Below are positions 49,018 through 61,660 of a stretch of 64,000 nt of DNA, one piece after another. The DNA is from Sphyrna mokarran (Eukaryota). Location: contig JAGIQG010000029.1 of assembly GCA_024679065.1 (NCBI GenBank), positions 8,928,001-8,992,000 of the forward strand. The letters are read 5' to 3'. The number at the start of each line of letters is the position of its first letter. The stretch's first letter is position 1. The notes beneath the pieces were generated by a model. That model made no database searches. It saw only the letters and a list, made by a program, of their open reading frames with translations, and had not been told where the DNA came from. The position numbers were made by a program, and so were the translations under genes.

Positions 49018-51559
49018 GCAAGAGAGTAAGTGGGTGATCAGCAAGTTTGCAGACGATACAAAGATGGCTGGACTTGCGGATAGTGAGGAGCATTGTCAGG
49101 CGATACAGCAGGACATAGGCTGGTAGCTTGGGCAGACAGATGGCAGATGGAATTCAATCCTGATAAATGTGAGGTGATGCATTTTGGGAGAAAGAATGTA
49201 GGGGCGAGGTATATGAGAAAGGGTAGACCTATTAAGAGTATAGAAACGCAGAGGGACCTGGGGGTGCAGGTGAACAAGTCTCTGAAGGTGGCAGAGCAAG
49301 TGGAGAAGAAAGCATATGGTATGTTTTCCTTTATAGGAAGGGGTATAGAGTACAAGAGCTGGCCTTTAACGTTGCAGTTGTATAAAATGTTGGTTAGATC
49401 TCGTTTGGAATACTGCGTCCAGTTCTGGCCGCCTTACTACCGGAAGGATGTAGAGACTCTAGAAGGAGTGCAGAGGAGGTTTACCAGGATGCTGACTGGT
49501 ATGGAAGGTCTGAGTTACGAGGAGAGGTTAGGCAAATTGGGGCTGTTTTCCTTAAAAAGACGTAGACTTAGAGGAGATCTAATAGAGGTGTACAAGATTG
49601 AGGGGTATAGGTAGAGTTAACAGGGTTAAGCTTTTTCCTAGGATGGACTCAAATAGCACGAGGGGTCAAGGGCTTCGGGTGAGGGGGTAAGGTATAATTT
49701 GGATGCTAGAGGGAGTTTTTTCACACAGAGGATGGCGGGGGTATGGAACGCGCTGCCAAGTAAAATGGTGGAGGCAGGTACTCTGGAGTTATTTAAGAGA
49801 TACTTAGATGGGCACATGAACAGAATGGGAATGGAGGGGTATAGAAAACTGATTTAAAATAGGGATCATGAGCCTTGGGAGTCCCTGGGAAGTGTGTGAA
49901 TAGATGATGATATTGATGTATTTGTTTTTATCCTACAGGTACTTTGGTCCACCTTGTTGCCTAATAAGAGGCGTACACGTGATGGGTTGTGAGAGGGCTG
50001 CTCTTGGATTTTTGTTTTTGAGAGTATCTTAGTGCTTCACATCGTTAGTGTACGCTTGACCTGGACCATTTGATGGGCAACATGACAGCTCAGTGACTAT
50101 CTCTGTGCTGTGCAGATACATGGATTTGGGCCTGTGTCTGTGGGAGTTTGTGCATTCTCCCCGTGTTTGCGTGGGTTTTGTCCAAGTGTTCTGGTTTCCT
50201 CCCACATCCCAAAGATGTGCTCTTAGGCTGATTGGCAGAACAAACTCTTCCTAAATTGTCTGAAATTTGGTTTTTAGTCCATGGATGTATAAACATAGAC
50301 AGGGATCACGTGTAGAAGTGAGAACATCAAGGTGGCGGCGTGGGCTTGTTGGGCCGAAGGGCCTGTTTCCCATGCTGTTTTGTTGTTTGTTCTTTGAGAC
50401 TTCCATCTGCAACTAGTACGGTGTCTTTATTTTGCCTTCCGCATGGCTTCAATTTGGAGAGACTTGGGCAAAACTGGACCACCATCGCCACTGGATTTAT
50501 TACTGGCACTGAGCAGTAAAGTGTTGGCACTGAAATGTAAAGATACCTGTTGAAGATTGATGATGACATGGTAGCATCTTCTGAATATTGCCAGTGGTTC
50601 ATTGACGATGGAGCTTTTACCCCAGAGCTATGTGTTTATGTTCTGTAGCTCTTGAGATAGTTTACATGCAAGAATTTCCTTGGAAAACTGCTGTGTTTGT
50701 CTGAAGCAGCATTGCTTGAGAATTAATCAGCATGAAAGTTATCTTTAAAGGCAAAAGTATTATAAATGTTAATGTTAATGCATAGGTGGCATCTAGACAG
50801 GGTAGTGTTTCCATACCAGGTGTGAGATGCATACTCTTTGTCTCCAGGCTAATCACTAGATGTAAATGACATAGCGGGAAGTATTAAATGATGTTGAAGT
50901 TGTTAATGTCTTTGTCACTTTGAGGCTTAATATAATCACATTGATATCTTCCTTCAGTTAATTTATTGTTTTGAAGGTAAAACGTTGGAACCTTTTTTAT
51001 TTCATTTTTCTCGTCAACACACAATAAATTGAAACTGGAGATGGATAAAGCTGCAAACTTGGGTCTCCTGAACGGAACTTGACTTGTTCCTCCAGAGAAA
51101 CTCAGGCTTTTGAACTGTTTGCTTTGTTCTCCTAAATACTCTGCAGTCTCACAGCTTCCATAAAATAATGACTTTTGTTGCTTTGAAAGAGTGTTTTAAT
51201 GAAACTGCAGAGAACTATTATTGGTTTCTACTGCAGCTTTTAAGATTGTAATTCTAATAAGAGTGCATTAGTTTAAATTGGATCATGCATGTAGTGAGTT
51301 CTTGCTATATTTATGGGGTGCAGTGTGTATGTTTATGTATTTAGAACTTAAAATTGAAGCTTTCCTCAACCTCAGAAAAAAGGAAAACAATGCAAATGCA
51401 TCAGAGACTGTTTCTTGGATCTTAACCAGCAAGAATATCGAACATTTTGTACATATTGTACAATTAATTATGTTGTTTGTCTATGTTTCCGTGTTTTGTA
51501 TACTATTTTATAGTACTTGCTTTTTAAGAAACACCAGTATACAAAATATACCAGTATAC

Positions 51560-51898
51560 AAAATACAAGAGGAATAGATAGGGTGGAGTCTCAGAGACTA
51601 TTTCCCAGGGCTGAAATGGTCGCGACAAGAGGGCACAGATTTAAGGTGCAGGGAAGCAAGTACAGAGGGGATGCTAGGGGAAAGTTTTTCACTCAGAGGG
51701 TGGTGAGTGAATGGAATCGGCTGCCGTCGGTGGTGGTCGAGGCGAACTCGCTGGGGTCTTTTAAAAGACTTCTGGATGAGTATATGGGATCCAATGGGAT
51801 TGGGGTTATAGATAGGTCTATGGCTGGGTAGGTTTTGATGTGTTCGGCACAACTTGTGGGCCGAAGGGCCTGTTTGTGCTGTAGTGTTCTATGTTCTA
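51560..51898 (+). mobile_element. CR1 LINE 3' end
   Basis: RGIDRV...TRGH...FFTQRVVSEWN; tail gggccgaagggcctgtttgtgctgtagtgttctatgttcta; preceded by tandem duplication accagtatacaaaat. Confidence 0.85.
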
Positions 51899-52269
51899 AA
51901 ACACTTGAATGTTTCCGACGATGTGAGATAATGAGTGATATAGTAGACACCCTACACGTTCCCCTGTAAGCAGTTGATATGAGGATGGTTAATTGCAGAG
52001 AGTAGAGACTTGTTTTTTGAAAACTGTCTATTGCATAATTAAAGGTACAGGATAAGAGCTTTTCCTGGAGCAGATGAGTGCTGCTGAATGGCAGCATAAC
52101 TTATGTTTGTACTGGGTCAAGAGTAAGAGTTCAAACCCATTTTTAAACAGAAAAATGTTTATGGAGTGTGGGGCATCACTGATTAGACTAGCCCATCCCT
52201 GGTTGCTCTTTATAAGGTGCTGGTGAGCTGGTTTCTTGAACCACTGCAGTCCCTGAGGCATAGGTACAC

Positions 52270-52476
52270 ACAAGTAAGAGGTCTCAACACCAGGTTAAAG
52301 TCCAGCAAGTTTATTTGATAGCACAAGCTTTTGGAGTGTTGCTCCTTTCTCAGGTGATGAAGGGGGCAACGCTAGAAAGCTTGTGCTTTCAACCAAATCT
52401 ATTGGAGTTTAACCTAATGTTGTGAGACTTCTTACTATGCTCATTCCTGTCCAACACTGGCATCTCCACATCATGA
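52270..52476. mobile_element. Palindromic PLE-derived mini-element with TSD
   Basis: agtaagaggtctcaacaccaggttaaagtcc...gcacaagctttt / aaagcttgtgc...gtttaacctaatgttgtgagacttcttact; TSD cataggtacac / cgtagttacac. Confidence 0.85.
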
Positions 52477-52562
52477 CGTAGTTACACCCACAGGGCTGTC
52501 AATGCTCTCAATTTGTCCATCTTCCATATGTTAATAAGTGCTAGATTGGTAAAGAAATATGG

Positions 52563-53375
52563 AAACATAGAAATTAGAAGCAGGAGCAGACCATTCAGCC
52601 TTTCAAGCATGTGCTGCCATTCATTTTGATAATAGCTGATTGTTGAATTTAATATTCTGATTTCTGCCCCTTCCCCAATTATTCCTTGATCCCTTTAGCC
52701 CCAAGAGCTATATCTAACTTCTTTTTGAAATCAGATAACATTTTGGCCCCAAGTGCCTTCTCTGGCAGTCTGGGTGAAGAAATTTCTCCTCATCTAAGTT
52801 CTGAAAGGTTTATCCGTTATCTACAGATCACGACCCCTAGTTTGGGACTCTCCACCATCAGGAACATTGTTTCTGAATCTATCTTGTACAACCTTGTTAT
52901 AATTTTATAAGTTTCCATGGTATCCCTTCTCACTCTCCTAAACTCCAGTGAATATAATCCTTACCGACTTTGTCTCTTATCATTATGACAGACCCGCCAT
53001 CCCAAGAATCAGCCTGGTAAACCTTTGCTGTAGCAAGGACATCCTTCCTCAGTTAAGGACACCAAAACTGCACACAATACTCCAGGTGTCATCTCCAACA
53101 CTCTATGTAATTTCAGCAAAACATCTTTATCCCTATGCTCAAATCCTCTCACTGTGAAGGCCAATATACCATTTGCTTTCTTTATTTCCTGCTACTTTCA
53201 ACAACTGACACATGAGGATACCAAGGTCTTGCTGAGTATCCACTTGTCTGAATTCACACCCACTCACCTAATAGGATCCATGTTCCTATTCTTGCTACCA
53301 AAGTGAATAAGCTCCCATTTATCCACATTTATACTATATCTACCCACGCACTCAGCCTGTCCACATCACACTGAA
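52563..53375 (-). mobile_element. Degraded CR1 LINE 3' part
   Basis: agaagcaggagcagaccattcagcc tail; accaaaactgcacacaatactccagg (reverse complement of LEYCVQFW). Confidence 0.8.
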
Positions 53376-55587
53376 GCAATGGGACAATAAGGACAGTCCA
53401 TTTAGTCTGAGTAAGGCTTGGTAGTCATATGTGGTTCTCAATGTCATTGAGGAAGGCTTCTCTTTTCTCCCCACATCTACACCTTTATTCCATCCAAATT
53501 GGTCCTCTGGTCTGGAAATAAGCTGAAAATGGCCATGTTTCCGCCTCATTAACAGTATTTTTGAGGCATCTCACTGACTCCAGTGTGCCCTTTCAAAATG
53601 TGGAATGTGATTGCTTAATTTGTCCACAAATTGCTACAAAACTTGACTCTGTTTCCCAGTGTGTGCATGGAGTGGTACTTGGGTCAGCTTCTTTCTTCCA
53701 CTTTAAAAACTTCTATCAGTCCAAAGATAAAGTTTGTATTTGCTGCCATGATAACTTACTAAGATATAGCTAATGGTGTGAACCTTTCTTTTTAATCTTG
53801 CGTTGGAAACACAGAGACAGAGACTTGAGTATGCTGGAAAAGAAGGGAAATCTGTGCAAACCAGAATGTATTAGAGGAGCAAGTTTGTTATTAGACTTTG
53901 CATTTTGATTTTCTTATGTGGAGGTCCCTGTTGTTTATATCTGTTTTTCGCAAGAGCTTGTTGAAATTGGGAGATCAGTATGTAGTTCTAAGCACGTGAT
54001 GTCAATATGGATAGCATTGCCTCACTGAAATGGGTTTTTGGGCATGGCAAATGATGCTTCCCTTTCCCACCATCCAGAAAACAAACCAACAAATGTGAAT
54101 AGATGGGACTGAGAAACTAAGCGCCTTTGGTCTCAGGCTACTTCTGCAGCGTAGTTATGCCTTTTGTGGGTTACTTTGACTAAAGTCAATTAATTTAGGA
54201 AGTGGTTCCTAAATCCTAAGTGGTTAGGAAGTGGGAAGTGGCTGGAGATTGATTTTTTTTTTCTTGTGACTATTACCTTGCTGGCATCTGTTGCCTGCTA
54301 CAGGCTCCTGTCATAATAACAGCAGGAAAGGGGAGGGATGCAAATATTTGCAGTGATTTTTTTTTTATTATTGATCAACAAGGTATTAATTTCCAATACT
54401 CATTTTTATAAAATATTTCAGGATTAATTTTTTTTTTAAGTTAGTTTTTTTTGGCACTTCAGCCTACACCAATTTTTTGGCACATGTCAAACTCTGAGGA
54501 TCTGACTGTTGCACGTTTGCTTATTGCAATCAGGGACTTCACTTCCTTAAAATAAATAGCTTTCGCTTGGTGTCTGTATTACTTGTCCTAAATGTCTGTA
54601 ATTGTTTTTATTGCTCAATTGGAGGTTCCTGTCTTTGTGTAAATGTAAAGTGAGAAATGTGCCTTAAAATATTTTTAAGGATGCGTGGTGTATTGCTGAA
54701 CTAAACTGGTCGAGCTCTTGGGTTATCCTCGGTTAGTAGATTTTGGCCAGCTGGCAGCAGATATGTTGCAATTGGCCTCAATGTCTATGGATTTGGAAGG
54801 TATAAAGAAAATCACCACGTCTCATTCTTGATTGATATCCAGTAGGAAGGTACCTTTGTTTGCATGGTGGGTAAGGATGTGGGATCAGATTAGTTTCTGA
54901 TGCCTCAGCCACAGCCATATAAGGACGAATGTTTGCTTTGTTGTATAATGGTCACTTTGGTTGAGATGCCGGAGGGCCTCTGACAATTGTGGTACCATTT
55001 TTTCCAACGAGGTTGGCATCTTCCAGGACTAGAGTGGCACAATTTCCCCAACAGATTTCACTTACATTTTTGTGCAAAACTTTATTTGTGTTGACCACCA
55101 TTGTCCTGTTAAAGCCTGGTGAAATTGTACCTCTTGTCATTCAGCTATTTTTTTAAAGTCAAGTCCTCTACCTTTTGGCTAATTAGTATTTTCTTGTTGG
55201 GTGAGAGGATTAGATTTTGTCTCTGTGCTTCACAGATCTTGGTTAAAGCATTTACACTATCTATAGGTGCTGACCAAAACCATTGGGTTCTTCAAAAATC
55301 CTTCAGTATATATATTGGCTACTGATCAATAATTGAGGTGGGAGAATAGAATGGGATTCAGTTGTGATACAGTGTCTTCTGTCGAATCATATTGCACATA
55401 TTCAAATATCCTGAAGGGCAAATTATGAAAGAACAAATACACAACATAATTGGTTGTACATGGCTGTATTTACTGTAATGAATAGATTCACCTGCTTTAA
55501 AAGAACTGCAAATTAGTATTCAGGAACGTCAAAACATTAAAAGACATTATGCGTTTGGGCAATGTCATACTTCTTACCAAGATGAAT

Positions 55588-55892
55588 CATAGAATGCCTA
55601 CAGTGCAGAAAGAAGGCCATTCATCCCATTGAATCTGCACTGAAGACAATCCTACCCAGTCGCTGTGCCCGTAACCTCGCATATTTACTCTGCTAGCCTC
55701 TCTAATTTGCACAACTTGGGCCCCAAAGAGCAATTTAGCACTGCCAATGCATATCTTTGGACTGTGGGAGGAAATGCTGATAAAACCCACATAGACACGA
55801 GGAGAACATGCACACTTCGCATGGATAGTGACCCAAGCTGGGAATTGAAACCAGGTCCCTGACGCTGTAGAGCAACAGTGCTAACCAACTTA
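55588..55892 (-). mobile_element. HE1-like V-SINE
   Basis: catagaatgcctacagtgcagaaag tail, V core, ggaattgaaaccaggtccc head. Confidence 0.8.
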
Positions 55893-56191
55893 ACTTCTGA
55901 CTGCAATTATTTAAGACTGCTTGTTTTCACTGCAGTAATACTCTCCTTGCTTTTGTTATCTCGAATTTTAATGATTCCAATATACTTCTGATCCTATTTG
56001 CACATTCCTCCATAAGTTTAAGATGATCCAAAATTCTGCTGCATGTGTTTGTGCTCTCACCATGTCCTATTCATCTGTCACCCCTTGGTTAAGCATCAGC
56101 TTGATGTTGGAAAGAAGTTGCATTGATATTATCGAATTTCTCCATTGTTGTGCCCTGCCTATTTCCATCATCTCTTTCAGTCCCACAATCT

Positions 56192-57465
56192 TGGATTGGC
56201 GGGTACAGAGGAGCAGTGCCAGGCAATACAACAGGACATAGATAGGTTGGTAGACTGGGTAGATAGATGGCAAATGGAATTTAATCCGGATAAATGCGAG
56301 GTGATGCATTTTGGCCGGAAAAATGTAGAAGAGAGTTATAGGATAAAAGGCAATACTATACGGAGCATAGAGACACAGAGAGACTTGGGGGTGCAGGTTC
56401 ACAAGTCTCTGAAGGTGTCCTCACAGGTGGAGAAGGTGATAAAGAAGGCGTATAGTATGTTAGCTTTCATAGAAAAGGGTATAGAATACAAGAGTAGGAG
56501 TTTGATGTTGCAGTTGTATAGAACGTTGGTTAGGCCTCACTTGGAATACTGCGTCCAGTTCTGGTCGCCGTACTATCGGAAGGATGTGGAGTCCTTGGAG
56601 GGAGTGCAGAGGAGGTTTACCAGGATGCTGCCTGGTATGGAAGGACTGTCTTATGAGGAACGATTAGATAGACTGGGGTTGTTTTCCCTTGAAAGACGTC
56701 GGCTTAGAGGGGATCTCATAGAGGTGTATAAGATTATAAGGGGTATAGATAGAGTAAATGGAGGTAAACTTTTTCCACCTTTAGAAATGGATAGGACGAG
56801 GGGTCATGGCCATAGGGTGAGGGGGGCTATGTATAAGACGAATATTAGAGGGCAGTTTTTCACACAAAGGGTAGTGGGGGTGTGGAATGCACTGCCGAGT
56901 AAGGTGGTGGGAGCAGGCACGCTAGGGCTGTTTAAGGGTCTCTTGGACAGCCACATGAGCGGTATGCAGATAGAGGAATATAGTAGGACTGTTTAACTAT
57001 GGCTTTTTTTTCCACAGGTAATTCGGTCCATACTTGACCAACAAGGAGCATGCATTCGGCAGGTGGTGCGAGGACAGCTCTTGGATGTTGATTCATGGGT
57101 TGCCTGGTGCTTCATGTCGTAAATGAGTGCTTTATCTGGACCATCTGAAGGGCACCATGACAGCTCAGTGACTATCGCTGTAGCTGTGCAGACACTTGGA
57201 ATTGGGCCGGTGTCTGCGGGAGTTTGCGCGTTCTCCCCGTGGTTGCGTGGGTTTTCTCCGGGCGCTCCGGTTTCCTCCCACAACCCAAAAATTCGCTCTT
57301 AGGCTGATTGGGAAACAAATTGTCCCTATAGTGAGAGCCTTCCATATTAGGAATAACCTAAAATTAGAATAGGATAATGGAATTGCTACTATATAGTTAT
57401 GACGGCGGCGCGGGCTCGTTGGGCCGAAGGGCCTGTTTCCCGTGCTGTGTTGCTCTTAAAAAAAA
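56192..57465 (+). mobile_element. Young 5'-truncated CR1 LINE with V-SINE-containing 3' UTR, inserted into an L2 relic
   Basis: Uninterrupted RT C-terminus; probable TSD aatctt at 56186-56191 and 57466-57471; L2 3' relic on both flanks. Confidence 0.9.
56203..56996 (+). pseudogene. CR1 ORF2 C-terminal fragment (open frame)
   Basis: WQMEFNPDKCEVMHFG...RDLGV...RPHLEYCVQFWSP...RRRLRGDLIEVYK...TRGH...FFTQRVVGVWN. Confidence 0.9.
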
Positions 57466-57549
57466 AATCTTCAAAGAGATGTGCCCTCCTCAAATTCTGG
57501 TCACTTGAGTATCTATGATTTCAATCACTGTGCTTTCTGCTGCCCAGAC

Positions 57550-57990
57550 CAGTGATAGGCAACGTAGGCTAGTGTGTGGAATCCATGAGTGGCTCATTTC
57601 AGTGAGCTTGAAGTTGGATTTGTTCACTAACTATGATCCCGTGAAGAAGATTGAATACACTCAAGGTATGCCAAATATTTCACGGTAACTCAAAGAAAAT
57701 GTTTAAAATTCAAATATTAATAGAACTATCGGCTTTGGTAAAATCAAAAGAAATATTTATGTTTTGATTGACGCAGATGGAACACGTCTCTTGCACTTAA
57801 TGTATGCAATCAGCATGTACCTCATTTCACGTGCCCTTGCTGTATATGCAAATCACTTAACTATGTGCTTAGAAATCAGTGAAATCTGGCAACCAGGTGA
57901 AAGGCAGTGGCTCACAAAATGTCTCATGGACCACACTCAGGTCCCTGATGAGGCATGTGTGTCCCCCGGGCTGTAGGTTGCCCATCACTG
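57550..57990. mobile_element. hAT (Charlie-like) non-autonomous DNA transposon / MITE
   Basis: TIRs cagtgataggcaac / gttgcccatcactg; 8-bp TSD gcccagac / gtctagac (NTCTAGAN-type target). Confidence 0.85.
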
Positions 57991-59790
57991 GTCTAGACTC
58001 TAAGCTCTGGAATTTCCCTCCTAAACACTTTGGCTTCTTTGCTTCTCTCTTTTTTTTTCCCCTCCTTTTAAGCTGCTTTTTAAAACTTGCCTCTATGACC
58101 AAGCTTTTGGCCATCTGCTTTAATATTCCCTACTTATAAAGCTCCTGTCCAGTATCTTGTTAGAGGTGCTACATAAACTACAGGTTGTTGCTGTGCAGGA
58201 TGAACTCAATTCCTCTAGGATTTTGTACATCTGCCCTCCTATCCACACAGGTGTACACAGATGCACATTCTGTATGTGTGGACATTTCCTGCGCGGCACC
58301 CTTTTTTATGAGGCATCAATATTTGATAACTGAAGTGGCTTTGGATAAATATTTATGCTTGTAAACATTTGCTTGAAGCTGTGTAGTCGGTAGACTGTGG
58401 CCAAGAGGCAATGCTGTAGAATAGGTTACTGAAGTCCCTGTCCCAGTTCTTGACATTTTGTTCTATATTTATAAAACAACTCATTCAGGAAATGAACATT
58501 CAGATGATTTACAAACACAGTCAAAGACCTACTTCCAGTAATGCGTCATGACACAAAATCCCACTCATGTAAGCTGTGCAGTTAACTGAAATGTGACACT
58601 AGGATAATGACAACAAGTCACCATTGAGTAATTCTTTTAAAACGTTTTTATTCTTTATAGAAGACAAAGTCAGCCTTCTTTCAATAAAGAGAAAAATACT
58701 GGATTTATAAGGAGCTGCTAACCCCAATGCGGTTTACAATGGCACTTTGATTAAAACCTATCTTTGCCATTATTTTGGGAATACTTAAACACTGACCTAA
58801 AGGGACAGACAGTGAAAACACAATTTCATCTTTGCTCCTGAATAGGTCAGACAAAGTCAAGTAGACTCAATACAGGCAACCAGTAAGCAATACCATGGGA
58901 AGACAATCTAATACATGAAGATCTTTCATGTGGTGTATGTCACACATTTAAATGTATCTGTAGCACAAACAATCCATTTTGCTTTCTTGCTATTTTCAAA
59001 TCTTTTACCTGTTTCTGACTGAGTTAATGAACAAGTTATTTATTGCATTTCCATACATCTCATAACATTGTCATCTCCTCCGATACTGCGTGAGCTACAC
59101 CATGGGGAGTAGTTGCTTTTAATTATTTCATGTAAAATTATGTTGTACTACATATAAACGTTTTATTTAAATGTAATGTGTTCCATCAGTAATCAGTGAT
59201 TGAAATGGTTTGAAATAATATTTGGAACAAGTACTTGGTTGTCAATGGAAGAGCAGGTATCAACTCTTAGTTATTCTGATTGGGACATTGCTGGTAAAGT
59301 CAACATTTATTGCCCTGATTGAACAGAGTGACTTGCTCATCCACTTCAGAAGGCAATTAACAGTCAAACAAACTTAATGGGCGTCTGGAATCATGTAGAC
59401 TAAATGATGGCACTCTTACTTCCCTAAAGTGTGTTATTGAAAGAAGGAAATATGTCATTGAAGTAGTTGGATTTTTATACCGATATGGTGGGTTCAGAAT
59501 AACCTGTGTTAATGCAGTGTATTACTTCTGGACTTTTGAAACTGAATTCAAATTCTTAAAATGCCATTGTAGGATTTGAACACTCTGACCCTCTGCATTA
59601 TCAGTAAATTGCACCCAGTGCTAAAGTCAGGTCACACACATCAATTACTTCAATGTATGGAAATGTTCCAAGATGCTTCAAAGGAGCATTATAAAGCAAA
59701 ATGTGACACTGAGCCACATAGGGAGATATTCGGTCAGAAGACCAAAAGCTGGGATATTTTAAGAAGTGCTTTTAAAGGAGGAAGAACCAG

Positions 59791-59811
59791 ATCATCATCA
59801 TCATCATCATC
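59791..59811. repeat. (ATC)n microsatellite
   Basis: atcatcatcatcatcatcatc. Confidence 0.9.
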
Positions 59812-60229
59812 CTCTCCGACCCCATGATGAATTTAAAAATATGTCATTGGCTGTCAAGGACTTGACGTTATGAGGCTGTGGAAGGAAATATGAGGTTTTT
59901 TTCCACAAAACGGACAAACTGGTCACTTAACCATTTTCTTTTTGTGAATGCTCGCTACTCAGGTTGTCTACGTAAAATTGTCTAAATTATAGAAATAGTT
60001 GAGCTGTGAAGCACTTTGGGATGTCCTGAGGATCTAAAAGCTATTGCATTAATAAAATTAAAATCTCATTCTTAGCTACATGTTTCCAAAATGTTGCTGT
60101 CATATCTGCCATCACATTGATGCTTTAATTCCAAAAGGCTGGACCATGGCTACTTATGATTCTTTGACTTCGTAATTCTCTGCCTTTGTGAAATCAGCAA
60201 TTGCAGTTCAGATTTTAACACAGTCCCAA

Positions 60230-61660
60230 CCATCTGATATTCTTTATCCCAGAGTCTTCAAAGTGATATATATGGAGAAAGTGGATGCATTGGTAATTGC
60301 CTTCCAAAATGCTATAGATTGGAAGATAGCAAATGTCATCCCACTATTTAAGAAGAGAGGGAAGGAGAAAATGGGAAACTTGGAGACGTGTTAGTCTTAT
60401 GTTTGTGGGAAGGAAAATGCTGGAATCTGTTATAAAGGATGAGTCAAATGGACAATAATGATCTGATTGGGCACAGTCAACATAGATTTATGAATGTGAA
60501 ATCATGTTTGACGATCCTATTGGAGTGTTTTTAAATATGTCCCTAATAGAATTGGTGGGAGTATTGTGGTTGGATTTTCAGAAGGCTTTGATAAAGTCCC
60601 CCACAGGAGGTTGGTTCACAAAATCAAAGCACATGGGATACGAGGTAATGTACTGGTATGGATTAAGGATTGGTCAATGGGCAGAGATTAGAGATTGCGA
60701 ATAAATGGTAGTTCTCAGATTGCCAGGCTGTGACTAGTGAGGTGCCATGAGGATCAGTACTTGGGGCTCCAGCTGTTCCAAATATAAACCAATTGTTTAA
60801 ATGTGGGGGGCCAAATGTAGTAATTGCAGATTCACAAGTGACACACAGCTCATGGGAATGTATATTGTGAGGAAAAATGCAAATCGGTTTCTAAAGGGAT
60901 TTAGACAGTCTATGTGGGCAAGGACATGTAGGTGGAATGCAATGTGCAAATACTTCGGCAGGAGGAACAGATGTGCAAAGTATTTATTAAATAATGAAAC
61001 ATTAGAGAATGTACATATAAAGAGATCTGGGTGGCCTCATCTATAGAACCACTGAAAACTAACATGCAGGTGCAGCAAGCAATTAGGAAGGCTGATAAAT
61101 TAGCCTTGATCACAAAAGAATTTAGGTACAGAAGTAACAAAGTCTTGAAGTTTAAAGAACCGTGGCTAGACTGCACCTGGAGGTGTACAGTTTTGGTCCT
61201 CTTTAGGAAGGATATTATTGCCACAGAATGAGTGCAATGAAGATCCGTCAGGATGGTGGGAGATTGGGGAATAGGGCTCATATTCTCTACAGTTTCAAAT
61301 AATGTGGTGATCTCATTGAAACATTTAAAAAAAACTTATAGGGATAGACGGGTAGATAAGTCTGGAACCAGGAGAAACAACTTTTAAATAAAGGGGAACC
61401 TGCTTCAAACTTCAATGAGGAGTATCTCTTTTTACATAGCGGGTTGTGAATCTTTGGAATTCCCTACCCCAGAGGGTTGTGCATGAGTATGTTTAAAGAG
61501 GAGATTGACAGATTTCAAAATATCAGTGACACAAAGGGATATGGGATAGTTTGGGGGGGAAAAAAAGGCATTGAATTGGACCATCAGCTGTTATTGTACT
61601 GCATGGCAGAGCAGGTTTGATGGGCTGAATGGCTACCACTACCTCCTTCTATGTTCCTAA
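60230..61660 (+). mobile_element. Degraded CR1 LINE RT and 3' end
   Basis: DWKIANVIPLFKK, LDFQKA; tail gatgggctgaatggctacc...ctatgttcct. Confidence 0.8.

Larger units (their letters stand above)
46758..50392 (+). mobile_element. Young 5'-truncated CR1 LINE (RT and long 3' UTR), split by the R2-like insertion
   Basis: KSPGPDGIYPRLL...KKGSRDNPG | [11 protein letters not shown]...[11 protein letters not shown]...[20 protein letters not shown]...SKFADDTK...LEYCVQFW; 3' end gggccgaagggcctgtttcccatgctgttttgttg. Confidence 0.92.
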
